Positions 45,423 to 54,806 of a stretch of DNA of 64,000 nt are shown piece after piece (positions within the stretch are counted from its first letter, which is position 1; each line of letters opens with the position of its first letter). The DNA lies in assembly GCA_963716045.1 (NCBI GenBank), contig CAVQSS010000006.1, positions 1,743 to 65,742 of the forward strand, given 5' to 3'. The notes beneath the pieces are model-generated. The model worked only from the letters and a program-made list of their open reading frames with translations, was not told the origin of the DNA and ran no database searches. The translations under genes were made by a program, and so were the position numbers. Origin of the DNA: an uncultured delta proteobacterium. GTDB taxonomy: Bacteria > Desulfobacterota > RBG-13-43-22.

Positions 45423-46384
45423 GGCCTTCGGCGCAACACCTTGTCCCAGGAAAATTCCCTCCGGCCCATGAGGCCCTCCCGGGCGAAGAGGATGACCACC
45501 AGTAGAATAACGGAAAACAGGACCATGCGCATCCCTGGAATTCCCGGCACTTGCCAGGGTCCGAGGTGCATCGGTTCTTCCACCCAGCGGAGCCATTCCC
45601 CGCCCCAGGTGATCAGGGCCGCGGCGATGACCGATCCGCTGATGCTGCCCAACCCCCCCACTACAATCATGATCAGGAGATTGAAGGTCAGGAAGAAAGA
45701 AAACAGGGTAGGTGAAATGGTGGTGATGAGGTGGGCCAAGAGCCCACCGCCCAGGCCGCCGAAAAATGCGCTGAGGATGAAGGCCAGCATCTTGTGCCGG
45801 AAGACGTTGATTCCCATGGCCGCCGCCGCCAGCTCGTCCTGGCGGATGGCCTTCAGCGCCCGGCCGTAGCTGCTCCTAACCAGCCGGGCCACGAAAAAGA
45901 CGGTTAGAAGCGCCACCCCCCAGGACCACCAGAGATTGGTATGGGGGGGAAGGCCCTTGAGACCCAAGGGCCCGTTGGTAACCGACTGGAGGTTGTTGGC
46001 CGCTACCCGGACCACTTCCCCGAACCCCAGGGTCACGATAGCCAGGTAATCCCCTTTGACCCGGAAGACGGGAAACCCGATCAGAAAACCAAAAAAGGCC
46101 GCCGCCAATCCCCCCGCCAGCAGGGCCAGGGGAAAAGGCAGGCAGATCTGGTTGAGCGGCCAGATCAGGGGCACGATGATAAAAGAAATCCCTTTTTCTT
46201 CCGGGGTCAGGGTCAGCAGTGCGGCGGTATAAGCCCCCAGGGCGATGAAGGCGTTGGGGGCCAGGGAAAACTGCCCGGCGACCCCATTGACCAGGTTGTA
46301 ACTCACGGCCAGTGAAATAAAAATGCCGACCAGGCTCAGGATCCGGATCTGGTACTCCGAACCGAACCGGCTAAAAAAAAACAA
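45419..46384 (-). CDS. livM: ABC transporter permease (LivM family); 5' end uncertain
   Basis: NLVNGVAGQFSLAPNAFIALGAY. The listed TTG start sits directly on a T9 homopolymer (46373-46381). The N-terminus may extend to ATG 46513 through further indels. Confidence 0.8.
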   Translation of the reverse strand: MFFFSRFGSEYQIRILSLVGIFISLAVSYNLVNGVAGQFSLAPNAFIALGAYTAALLTLTPEEKGISFIIVPLIWPLNQICLPFPLALLAGGLAAAFFGFLIGFPVFRVKGDYLAIVTLGFGEVVRVAANNLQSVTNGPLGLKGLPPHTNLWWSWGVALLTVFFVARLVRSSYGRALKAIRQDELAAAAMGINVFRHKMLAFILSAFFGGLGGGLLAHLITTISPTLFSFFLTFNLLIMIVVGGLGSISGSVIAAALITWGGEWLRWVEEPMHLGPWQVPGIPGMRMVLFSVILLVVILFAREGLMGRREFSWDKVLRRRP

Positions 46385-46408
46385 GACGGCTCAGCAGGAG
46401 CAGCACAC

Positions 46409-47396
46409 TCAGCAAGGAAGGCAATTATTCCGGTCTTGGCTTGAAGTCAATGGTCCACCTTTACAGCCCTTCGCATTGGTGCTCGCTGCCGCGGCATAAC
46501 GGTTTAGTCTCATCGGCAGCTTTTCGCCGAAAAGACCCGTCGGCCTGAAGAGGAGAATGATAATCAGCAGGACAAAGGCCAGGGCATCCCGGTAACCCGC
46601 CAGGGAAGGGAGCCAGGCGACCAGGAGTATTTCCAGGATTCCCAGAATCAGCCCTCCGGCCACGGCGCCGAACACGTTCCCGATTCCCCCCAGGACCGCC
46701 GCCACAAAAGCCTTCAGACCCGGGATAATCCCCATCAGGGGATTGATCTGGGGATATTTCATGGCCCAGAGAATCCCACCGGCCGCTGCCAGGGCCGAAC
46801 CCAGCGCAAAAGTCAGGCTGATGACCCGGTTTACCGGAATGCCCATCAAGGCTACGGTTTCCATATCCCGGGAAACGGCGCGCATGGCCAGACCGATCCG
46901 GGTCTTATAGATAATACACAAAAACCATGGCCAGGATGACCAGGGTGATGGCCAGGGTCCAGAGGCTCAGGCTGAGTATCCGGACCCCGCCCCATTCGAA
47001 GACTTCCCCCAGCACGGGCGGTCGGTAAAACGCCTTGGGCCGGCCGCCGAAGACGACCAAACCCAAATTCTCCAGCAGGAAGGAAACGCCGATGGCCGCG
47101 ATCAGGGCTGAAATCCGGGGGGCCCGGCGGACGGGCAGATAGGCCCCTCGGTCGATAGCCACTCCCAACAGCGCGGTCAGCGGCAGGGCGATGAGAGCGG
47201 CCAGCCACCAGGGCAGGGCAAACTGCACCAACCCGAAATAGGCCAAGTAGGTGGCCACCATCAAGACATCGCCGTGGGCGAAATTGATCAGGCGCAGTAT
47301 CCCGTAGACCAAAGTGTACCCGATGGCGATCAAGGCATAGAGACAGCCCAGGTTGAGGCCATTGATGACTTGTTGAACCAGCTCCGCCCCGATCAT
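46409..47396 (-). CDS. livH: ABC transporter permease (LivH family), frameshifted at A-run 46920-46924; 3' end uncertain
   Basis: MIGAELVQQVINGLNLGCLYALIAIGYTLVYG. ORFs 46905-47705 and 46409-46921 join as ...ILAMV(L)CIIYKTRIGLAMRAV. A further A-run shift near 46520 would end it at TGA 46510-46512, overlapping ATG 46513. The ATG at 47396 overlaps the stop of the upstream gene. Confidence 0.75.
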
Positions 47397-48226
47397 GATC
47401 GCTCTCTGGAGAGGATCCACAGGATCTCCCCACCCAGGACAAAAAGCAGGCAGGAATAATAGATCCAGACAATAAAGACCACCAGCAGGCCCAATGATCC
47501 GTAAACCGCGGCAAAGGAATTGATGTAATTCACATAAATTCGAAAGAGGTATTTGGCCATCTCCCACAGGCCGGCAATGAGCAGGGCCGAAAGAAAGGCG
47601 GCCCGGCTGGATGGTCTTCGGGTGGGCAAGAAACGGAAAAGGATAAAGAACATCAAAACCGAAAAAGAATAGGCCACCAGGATCCCGGCCGTCCAGCCCC
47701 ACCACTTCAGGTCCAACAAAGGAGGCAGCCCCAGCTTAACCGGGATCGTCCGGATCAGATCGAAAATGCCGCTCAAGATAATGGACAGAAGGAATAAAAC
47801 CCCGGTGATCAATACATAAATCAGGTCATGAAGTTTCTCCCGCAGGTAGCTATGATGGGAGACGATCTCCAGGGTCTTGTTCAGGACGGTTCGAATGGAA
47901 CCGAAAAGGCGCATGGCGGTCCAGATCAATCCTAAGAAACCCACTAACCCGACGATCTGGCGGTCCTTGACCAGGTTCAGGATATTGGAGGTCAATTTAG
48001 GGGAGGCCTGGGGAAGCATCCGGACCAGATAGGTTCGAACATAATTCAAAATCTCCTGGGAGGAATGGAGAAAAAAACCCAGTAAAGAAAGGATAACCAA
48101 GATCAGGGGGATGAAGCAGATCAGGAAGTCAAAGGCCAACCCGGAGGCTAAAAAAAAGATGTTATCCTGATCCAGTTTCTGGAACCATCCCCGCGATTTT
48201 CGGGGCGAACGTGTTTTTGACCTCAT
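47393..48226 (-). CDS. YihY/BrkB family membrane protein
   Basis: FFLASGLAFDFLICFIPLILV and six predicted TM segments. Confidence 0.8.
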   Translation of the reverse strand: MRSKTRSPRKSRGWFQKLDQDNIFFLASGLAFDFLICFIPLILVILSLLGFFLHSSQEILNYVRTYLVRMLPQASPKLTSNILNLVKDRQIVGLVGFLGLIWTAMRLFGSIRTVLNKTLEIVSHHSYLREKLHDLIYVLITGVLFLLSIILSGIFDLIRTIPVKLGLPPLLDLKWWGWTAGILVAYSFSVLMFFILFRFLPTRRPSSRAAFLSALLIAGLWEMAKYLFRIYVNYINSFAAVYGSLGLLVVFIVWIYYSCLLFVLGGEILWILSRERS

Positions 48227-48570
48227 GGGGCTTCTTTTTTACCCACGGCTTCAATCTTTTTCCCCGCCCTTTCAATGCGTTCCATCGACCTTTCGGTTCT
48301 TTTAGAGGCCTCCTCCAAGCGCCGGAGGGTCTCCTGGTTTTTCCGCTCCGTCTCCAGAAGGCGCTGCTCCGTTTCCTCCAGCTTTCGGATCAAGGTTTCC
48401 ATCTCTTTAACCTCTTCCGTTCGGTCGCCCGGTTTCCGCGCCTCTTGGGTTTGAATCCTTCTGGCCGGGGCCTCATACCCGCTGATCACCTGCTTAGACG
48501 ACGAACAGCCGCTGAACATTACCAAAATCCCAAGCCCGGCCATTAAAAAAACCGCGATCTTTTTTTTCAT
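48223..48570 (-). CDS. lipoprotein with coiled-coil region
   Basis: MKKKIAVFLMAGLGILVMFSGC lipobox. The stop overlaps the next start. The upstream part of track ORF 48223-48633 lies in a repeat. Confidence 0.6.
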   Translation of the reverse strand: MKKKIAVFLMAGLGILVMFSGCSSSKQVISGYEAPARRIQTQEARKPGDRTEEVKEMETLIRKLEETEQRLLETERKNQETLRRLEEASKRTERSMERIERAGKKIEAVGKKEAP

Positions 48571-48616
48571 GTCTTCATCCTTAGTAGGAAAATAGAATTC
48601 GGTTCCACTTAGGCAT

Positions 48617-48816
48617 TCATTAATAATTAACAATTGATTATCTAATTATTAACAATTTGTCTTTTTGAAGGGCCTTATTTTCATGCTTCGGGGTGCCCAC
48701 CCCGGACATGGGGGTTAGTATGTAATAAACGATGGCACCTTTTGGCCAATAATCAATAATCAACTCTTGATTTTTAATTAATAATTAACAATTGATTATT
48801 GATTATTAATAATTTG
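48617..48816. repeat. composite repeat: family A (48620-48666), inverted copy of the CATACTAACCC/GGCACCTTTTGGCC module (48668-48745), family A double copy (48747-48816)
   Basis: 48668-48745 is about 85% identical to the reverse complement of 14897-14975. Confidence 0.8.
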
Positions 48817-49480
48817 CCGGTCCCAGATCCCGCAAGGGGCAATCCCCGCAAAGCGGCGCCTTTTTCTTGCAATAGGTATTGCCCGTCCGGACCAGGAGGG
48901 CATGAAATTCGTTGAACAGAGGTACATCTTCCGGCAAGGCCTCCATAAAAAAGGAACGCAAGCCCTCATAGTCGGATTCCTCGGGAACCAATTGGTGACG
49001 GGACAAGATCCGATAGGTGTAAGTATCCACCACAAAGGTGGGCTTCCCCAGGGCGTACAATAGTATGCTGTCCGCTGTTTCCGGCCCAACGCCCCGAATA
49101 TTCAACAGTTGATCCCGCGCCTCTTCCAGAGGCTGCTCCGCCAAGGCCTCGATTTTGCCTTGGTATTCCTCTTGGAGAAAATGAAAAAAATTCTTTAGGC
49201 GCCGGGCCTTGACTCGATAATATCCAGCCGGCCGGATCCACTCGGCCAATTGCTCTTCCCCCATTTGCGTCAGCCGCTCAACCGACAGGGCCCCCTCCAC
49301 CCTTAACCGGCCCAACGCCTGCTCCACATTACGCCAGGAGGTGTTTTGGGTTAGAATGGCCCCGACGATAACCTCCAAGGAAGTCTCCCCTGGCCACCAG
49401 CCGCTTGGCCCTAAGGAAGAATGGAGACGTTCATAGATCGCCAGCAATTGGGATCGCGCAACCGACGGCATATCAGGCAT
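48806..49480 (-). CDS. endonuclease III domain (HhH-GPD) protein with C-terminal Fe-S Cys cluster
   Basis: WWPGETSLEVIVGAILTQNTSW, GVGPETADSILLYA and C..K.P.CG.CPL. The start could be 49480, 49471 or 49522. Confidence 0.8.
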   Translation of the reverse strand: MPDMPSVARSQLLAIYERLHSSLGPSGWWPGETSLEVIVGAILTQNTSWRNVEQALGRLRVEGALSVERLTQMGEEQLAEWIRPAGYYRVKARRLKNFFHFLQEEYQGKIEALAEQPLEEARDQLLNIRGVGPETADSILLYALGKPTFVVDTYTYRILSRHQLVPEESDYEGLRSFFMEALPEDVPLFNEFHALLVRTGNTYCKKKAPLCGDCPLRDLGPANY

Positions 49481-49609
49481 TATAGCAAAGCACCTTGAAA
49501 TTGACAACGCCTTACCGGGCACCTCTTGGCTCTTGCTTTGCCCCCTTGACGAATTCGGGAAAATAGCCTAAAGTTCCACCTACCTTACGGAAGAATCAGG
49601 GTTTTCGGG

Positions 49610-51679
49610 ATGACGGCCAAAGAATCACGACTGCGCAAAATACGAAACATCGGTATAATGGCCCACATCGATGCCGGCAAGACCACTTTGACCGAGCGCA
49701 TCCTCTATTATACCGGCAAATCCTACAAAATCGGGGAGGTCCATGACGGGGAGGCGATCATGGACTGGATGCCCGAAGAACAAGAACGGGGCATCACCAT
49801 CACTTCGGCCGTGACCACCTGCCAATGGCTGAATCAGACCATCAACATTATCGACACCCCCGGCCACGTGGATTTCACCATAGAAGTGGAGCGGTCCTTG
49901 CGTATTTTAGACGGGGCGGTGGCTGTTTTCTGCGCCGTGGGCGGAGTGGAGCCCCAGTCGGAGACTGTCTGGCACCAGGCGGACAAGTACCATGTGCCGC
50001 GAATCGCCTTTATCAACAAACTCGACCGGGTGGGCGCGGATTTCCAGGGGACCGTTTCCCAGATCAAAGATAAATTGGGAGCCCAGCCCGTTATCCTGCA
50101 CCTGCCCTGGGGGAAAGAAGAAAGTTTCCAGGGGACCATCGATTTGATCCATCTTACCGCCCTAAAATGGAATGAAGACACCATGGGGGCCGAGTTTGAC
50201 ACGCAGCCCATCCCGACCGAACTGCGGGCGGAGGCCGCCTTGTACCGGGAAAAATTACTGGAAATACTGGCCGACCTGGATGAATCCCTCCTGGAGCGTT
50301 ATCTGGGCGGCGAAACCATTGAAGCAGAATCCCTGCTCCCGGTGATTCGTAAAGGAACCATCGAATTAAAAATCGTTCCGGTCTTCTGCGGGGCCGCCTT
50401 AAGGAACAAAGGCGTCCAGCCGCTGCTGGACGGCATCGTGCATTTTCTTCCGAATCCCCTGGATATCCCGCCGGTGAGCGGTCAGAATCCAAACACCAAA
50501 ACCCTGGAAAACCGGCCTCCCCGGGACGACGCCCCTTTTGCCGGGCTGGCCTTTAAAATCAGCATGGACCAGGGACGAAAGCTCACCTACCTGAGGATCT
50601 ATTCCGGCATCCTGAATGTGGGCCAGGAAGTATACAGCCCCCTGAAAAAAACCCGGGAACGGGTGGCCCGTATACTGCGCATGCATGCCAACAAGCGGGA
50701 ACGGATCGAACAGGCCCGGGCCGGGGACATCATCGGGATCATCGGTTTAAAAAGCTCCGCCACCGGCGATACCTTGACCGATCCCGATCATCCCATCATT
50801 CTGGAAGCCATTGATGTGTACGAGCCGGTCCTTTCTCTGGCCATTGAACCCAAGACCTCCGGCCAGCAGGATAAAATCATCGACGTGCTGGGGAAAATGG
50901 CCGAGGAAGACCCCACCTTTCATTTTCGTCTGGACGAGGATTCCGGTCAAACGGTTATCTCCGGCATGGGAGAACTGCATCTGGAAGTACTGGTTCACCG
51001 ACTGGAAAGGGAATATAACCTGGCGGTCAACATCGGGAAACCCCAGGTCGTCTACCGGGAAACCATCCGGCAATCCGCCGAGGTGGAAGAGGTCTTTGAT
51101 CGGGAACTGGGAGGTGTCCATCACCAGGCCCAGGTCAACCTCCAATTGATCCCCAACACCCGCGGGGAAGGAAACCTCTTTATGAGCCTGGTCCCGGAGG
51201 AAACGGTCCCCGCCACCATCGTTGAAGCCGTCGAGGCGGCCGTGAATGAATCCTGCACCTCCGGGGTGCTTCAGGGATTCCCGGTGGTCGATATCAAGGT
51301 AATACTGACCAAAGCACAGACCACGGAAAGCCAATTTTCGGAGATGGGCTTTCGGGTGGCGGCCGCCATGGCCTTTCGTAACGGCTGTCAAAAAGCCCAG
51401 CCGGTACTCCTGGAACCGATCATGCAATTGGAAATCATCGTGCCCGACGAATTCTTAGGGGAGGTGATCGGGGATTTAAACAGCCGCAAAGGGAAAATTG
51501 AAAAAATCACCTCACGCAAAAAAATCCAGCAGGTCCGGGCCATGGCCCCGCTTTCTTTGATGTTCGGCTATTCAACGGCCCTGCGGTCGGCCAGTCAGGG
51601 AAGGGCGACATTTACCATGCATTTTTCGCATTACAATCCGGCATCTCCGGCTTCCGCCGGCGGCCCGGGGAAAACCTAA
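49610..51679 (+). CDS. fusA: elongation factor G (EF-G paralog)
   Basis: [26 protein letters not shown]. Length 689 aa. Confidence 0.9.
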   Translation: MTAKESRLRKIRNIGIMAHIDAGKTTLTERILYYTGKSYKIGEVHDGEAIMDWMPEEQERGITITSAVTTCQWLNQTINIIDTPGHVDFTIEVERSLRILDGAVAVFCAVGGVEPQSETVWHQADKYHVPRIAFINKLDRVGADFQGTVSQIKDKLGAQPVILHLPWGKEESFQGTIDLIHLTALKWNEDTMGAEFDTQPIPTELRAEAALYREKLLEILADLDESLLERYLGGETIEAESLLPVIRKGTIELKIVPVFCGAALRNKGVQPLLDGIVHFLPNPLDIPPVSGQNPNTKTLENRPPRDDAPFAGLAFKISMDQGRKLTYLRIYSGILNVGQEVYSPLKKTRERVARILRMHANKRERIEQARAGDIIGIIGLKSSATGDTLTDPDHPIILEAIDVYEPVLSLAIEPKTSGQQDKIIDVLGKMAEEDPTFHFRLDEDSGQTVISGMGELHLEVLVHRLEREYNLAVNIGKPQVVYRETIRQSAEVEEVFDRELGGVHHQAQVNLQLIPNTRGEGNLFMSLVPEETVPATIVEAVEAAVNESCTSGVLQGFPVVDIKVILTKAQTTESQFSEMGFRVAAAMAFRNGCQKAQPVLLEPIMQLEIIVPDEFLGEVIGDLNSRKGKIEKITSRKKIQQVRAMAPLSLMFGYSTALRSASQGRATFTMHFSHYNPASPASAGGPGKT

Positions 51680-51718
51680 CCAAAAATTCGTGAAAATATA
51701 CTATTATAAAGGACCCGA

Positions 51719-53377
51719 ATGGAAACAACAGAACTGAAAGACGCGCCTTCGGCAGACGAAGCGGAATTAACCCCTGCCCCTTCCGTCGAACATCCGGAAG
51801 AAGCCAGTTTTGCGGAACTCTTCGAATCCCGCCCATCCATGACGGGCCGGAAAAAGCTCCAACCGGGAGATCCGGTCCGGGGAAAGGTTGTTCTGATCAC
51901 CCGGGACACGGTGTTCATCGATTTCGGCTATAAGGCCGAGGGCTGGGCAACAATCGAGGATTTTGTGGACGCCGATGGCCGGTCCACCATCGACGTCGGC
52001 TCCGAGGTTTCCCTCACCTTTATCGAATATACCCCTTCCGGGATCCACCTGGGGACCAGCCTGCGGAAAGCCCTCGGAACGCCCGGACGGGAGGTGCTCC
52101 AGCGGGCCTACGAGGCGGACCTCCCGGTAGAAGGGCTGGTCCTCAAGGTCAATAAAGGGGGATTGGAAGTGGATATTGGCGGCGCCCGAGCTTTTTGTCC
52201 CCTTTCCCAGATTGACATTCATTACTGCGAAAATCCGGAAGCCCTGGTGGGGACCAACCAGAAATTCCAGGTGTTGCGGATTGAGGAGGAGGGGCGAAAC
52301 GTGCTCCTTTCCCGCCGCGCCGTGCTTCAGGAGGAACGGGAAGCCCAGGCCGCCAAGGTGAGAGAAACCCTGGCCGTAGGGGCGGTTCTGGACGGCACGG
52401 TAACCCGGTTGACCACCTTCGGCGCCTTCGTAGATCTGGGCGGACTGGAGGGATTATTGCACATTTCCGAAATTTCAAGACAGCAGGTCGCCGACCCCGC
52501 CGACCGCCTCCAAACCGGACAGTCGGTCAGAGTCCAGGTCTTGCGCCTGGAGCAGGGGGAAAAAGGGGAGGAACGAATCAGTTTATCCATGAAAATCCTG
52601 GAACCGGATCCCTGGCAGGAGGAACTCCCCTTTCAGGAAGGAGCCCTGGTCCCCGCTCAGGTACGCCATTTAACCCCTTACGGAGCTTTTGTGGAATTGA
52701 CCCCGGGTCTGGAAGGGTTGATTCATATCTCGGAGATCTCCGACCGGCGGATTACCCATCCCAAACAGGTGCTCAGCCCCGGGGAGACCGTAACGGTCAA
52801 AATATTAGAGATTGACCGGGATCGCCAGCGGGTTTCCCTGTCGCTGAAAGCGGCCTCTTTCCCGGCGGATGACCCGGAGTCCGAACTTTCCGAGACCCGC
52901 ACCGGAGATGTGATCCGCCGCAGCCGACGGCCGGATGAATCGGGGTCCGAAGACCGGGATTCATTCCCCTTCCCCTCTGGCGGAAATGAAATCCCGATGG
53001 ACGGGCCTTCCCTCGCCGTTCCGGCTTCCCCCCTGACACCCCGGGTAGGCCTGATCACCCGGGGGATCATTCGCACCGTCAAACCCTACGGCCTCTTTTT
53101 GGATTTACCGGAATTGGGATCCCGGGTTCGCGGTCTGCTCCACCAGAGCAACCTGGCCACCGGCGCCGGATCTTTCTCGAAAGGATTGAAGGAAGGGGAG
53201 GAGTTGGAAGTGGAAATCATCAAGATCGATGAGCAGGGCCGGATCTCCCTGTCCCAGCAGTCGGTCATAGAAAACAGAGAACGGTCCGAATTGAAACAAT
53301 ACCTGGGGCAGGAGAAAGGAACCGGCGCCCTGGGGACCATGGCCGATCTGTTTAAAAAATTCAATAAACCGGGATAA
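51719..53377 (+). CDS. rpsA: 30S ribosomal protein S1-like (multiple S1 RNA-binding domains)
   Basis: At least five S1 repeats (G..V.G.V..i...GafV.l....GllHiSEis). Confidence 0.85.
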   Translation: METTELKDAPSADEAELTPAPSVEHPEEASFAELFESRPSMTGRKKLQPGDPVRGKVVLITRDTVFIDFGYKAEGWATIEDFVDADGRSTIDVGSEVSLTFIEYTPSGIHLGTSLRKALGTPGREVLQRAYEADLPVEGLVLKVNKGGLEVDIGGARAFCPLSQIDIHYCENPEALVGTNQKFQVLRIEEEGRNVLLSRRAVLQEEREAQAAKVRETLAVGAVLDGTVTRLTTFGAFVDLGGLEGLLHISEISRQQVADPADRLQTGQSVRVQVLRLEQGEKGEERISLSMKILEPDPWQEELPFQEGALVPAQVRHLTPYGAFVELTPGLEGLIHISEISDRRITHPKQVLSPGETVTVKILEIDRDRQRVSLSLKAASFPADDPESELSETRTGDVIRRSRRPDESGSEDRDSFPFPSGGNEIPMDGPSLAVPASPLTPRVGLITRGIIRTVKPYGLFLDLPELGSRVRGLLHQSNLATGAGSFSKGLKEGEELEVEIIKIDEQGRISLSQQSVIENRERSELKQYLGQEKGTGALGTMADLFKKFNKPG

Positions 53378-53410
53378 CCCCTAAAGCTGTTGTTTTCATA
53401 CCAAACGAAA

Positions 53411-53484
53411 ATTGAACATCGAACATCGAACGCCCAACCTCGAATAGGGGAAAAATAATTAATAATTAATTGTTAATTATTAAC
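53411..53484. repeat. partial family C unit (53411-53447) plus family A repeat (53455-53484)
   Basis: attgaacatcgaacatcgaacgcccaacctcgaat followed by taattaataattaattgttaattattaac. Confidence 0.7.
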
Positions 53485-53520
53485 CGTTTCGTTTCTATTT
53501 CATATTAATCGGGAGGCCCC

Positions 53521-53838
53521 ATGACCCTGATGGAATTCTCCATTATCCCTTTGGACCAGGGATCCAGCTTCAGCGCCTCTGTGGCCCGGGTGCTGACGGT
53601 AGTGTCCGAAAGCGGACTGGATTACCAGTTGACCCCAATGGGTACGGTAGTGGAAGGGGAATGGGACGACCTCTGGTTGCTCCTGACCCGGTGCTTTCGC
53701 CTGCTGGAAAAGGACTCCGACCGGATCAGCCTCCAGGTGAAATTCGACTACCGGAAAGGGCCCGGCGGAAGAATCGGAAGTAAGGTCCGCAGCGTGGAAC
53801 AAAAGGCCGGAAGACCGCTGAAGACCACCCCCCGCTGA
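53521..53838 (+). CDS. MTH1187/YkoF family thiamine-binding protein (UPF0045)
   Basis: MEFSIIPLDQGSSFSASVARVL...LDYQLTPMGTVVEGEWDDL. Confidence 0.8.
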   Translation: MTLMEFSIIPLDQGSSFSASVARVLTVVSESGLDYQLTPMGTVVEGEWDDLWLLLTRCFRLLEKDSDRISLQVKFDYRKGPGGRIGSKVRSVEQKAGRPLKTTPR

Positions 53839-54074
53839 GAAGCCTCTGCGATTAAGAAACCTCCCACATGCCCCTGATAGGGCCTTTGTTCCGGATTTCA
53901 CAAAACACTTCCCGTGCGGGATTTCTCCCGTTGCTCGGTCTAAACAAAAATCCCTGGCAGAGAATTGATTATCTATTGACAGGGGATAGAATATTGAGTA
54001 AGAAAAAGGGACTTTGTCCTAAGTGAAGTATTCTGGCTCTTTATAAACCACCCTTTTCCCTCAAGGAGGTCGTC

Positions 54075-54761
54075 ATGACGTTTACTTCTTTTGTCGAAGG
54101 ACCCCTAGTCTGGATCGCCTTTTTAACCTTCCTCGTCGGAAGCGCCCTGCGCTTACTCTTTTTCATTACCCTAAGTACCAAAAAGGACAAACCTGTTTAC
54201 CGCTATTTCAGTTTTAAATGGATGAGTCTTTCCATCCTTCGCTGGTTACTCCCCTTAAATGTGGACATTAAAAAAACCCCCGTCTTTACCATTCTGGGAT
54301 ACGTCTTTCATGTCTGTCTCCTGGCGGTTCCCATCTTCTTCAGCGCCCATGTGACCCTCTGGCAGGAAAGCCGCTTTGGCTGGAGCTGGTGGCAGATGCC
54401 GGACAACTGGGCGGATTGGATGACCCTGATTTTAATCGCCATCACCATTTTCTTTATCGTGCGAAGAATAGTTCTGGCCGAAGTCCGGATCATCAGCACC
54501 GCCTCGGATTACCTTCTCTTGATCGTCTGTGCCCTGCCTTTCATCACCGGCTACATCAACACCCACCCGGACGGCAGCGCCTACGCCTGGGTGACCTCGG
54601 CCCTGCCTTTCTATGGGCAGTACACCACCATCATCCACATCCTGACCGGTGAACTGATGTTGATTCTGGTCCCTTTTTCCAAATTATCCCACTGGATCTT
54701 GTTTTTTGTTTCCCGCTCGGTCATCGGTATTGAATTCGGGCGAAGGAACTATTCCGTTTAA
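54075..54761 (+). CDS. NarI/DsrM-like integral membrane cytochrome b subunit
   Basis: AAGGAGG SD, five or six TM helices, and conserved His residues (GYVFHVCLL, IIHILTG, SKLSH). Confidence 0.7.
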   Translation: MTFTSFVEGPLVWIAFLTFLVGSALRLLFFITLSTKKDKPVYRYFSFKWMSLSILRWLLPLNVDIKKTPVFTILGYVFHVCLLAVPIFFSAHVTLWQESRFGWSWWQMPDNWADWMTLILIAITIFFIVRRIVLAEVRIISTASDYLLLIVCALPFITGYINTHPDGSAYAWVTSALPFYGQYTTIIHILTGELMLILVPFSKLSHWILFFVSRSVIGIEFGRRNYSV

Positions 54762-54806
54762 CCCAAACCCAAAATATTTGAAATATTTTTATGGAGGGAT
54801 AAGCAT

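Noticed and set aside
53930-53990. A sigma54-like TGGCAG...TTGAT sequence upstream of the dsrM-like gene, and TTGACA-type boxes at 26368, 53977 and 57694.
   Set aside because: The spacing or the -12/-10 elements do not fit consensus well enough to report as features.
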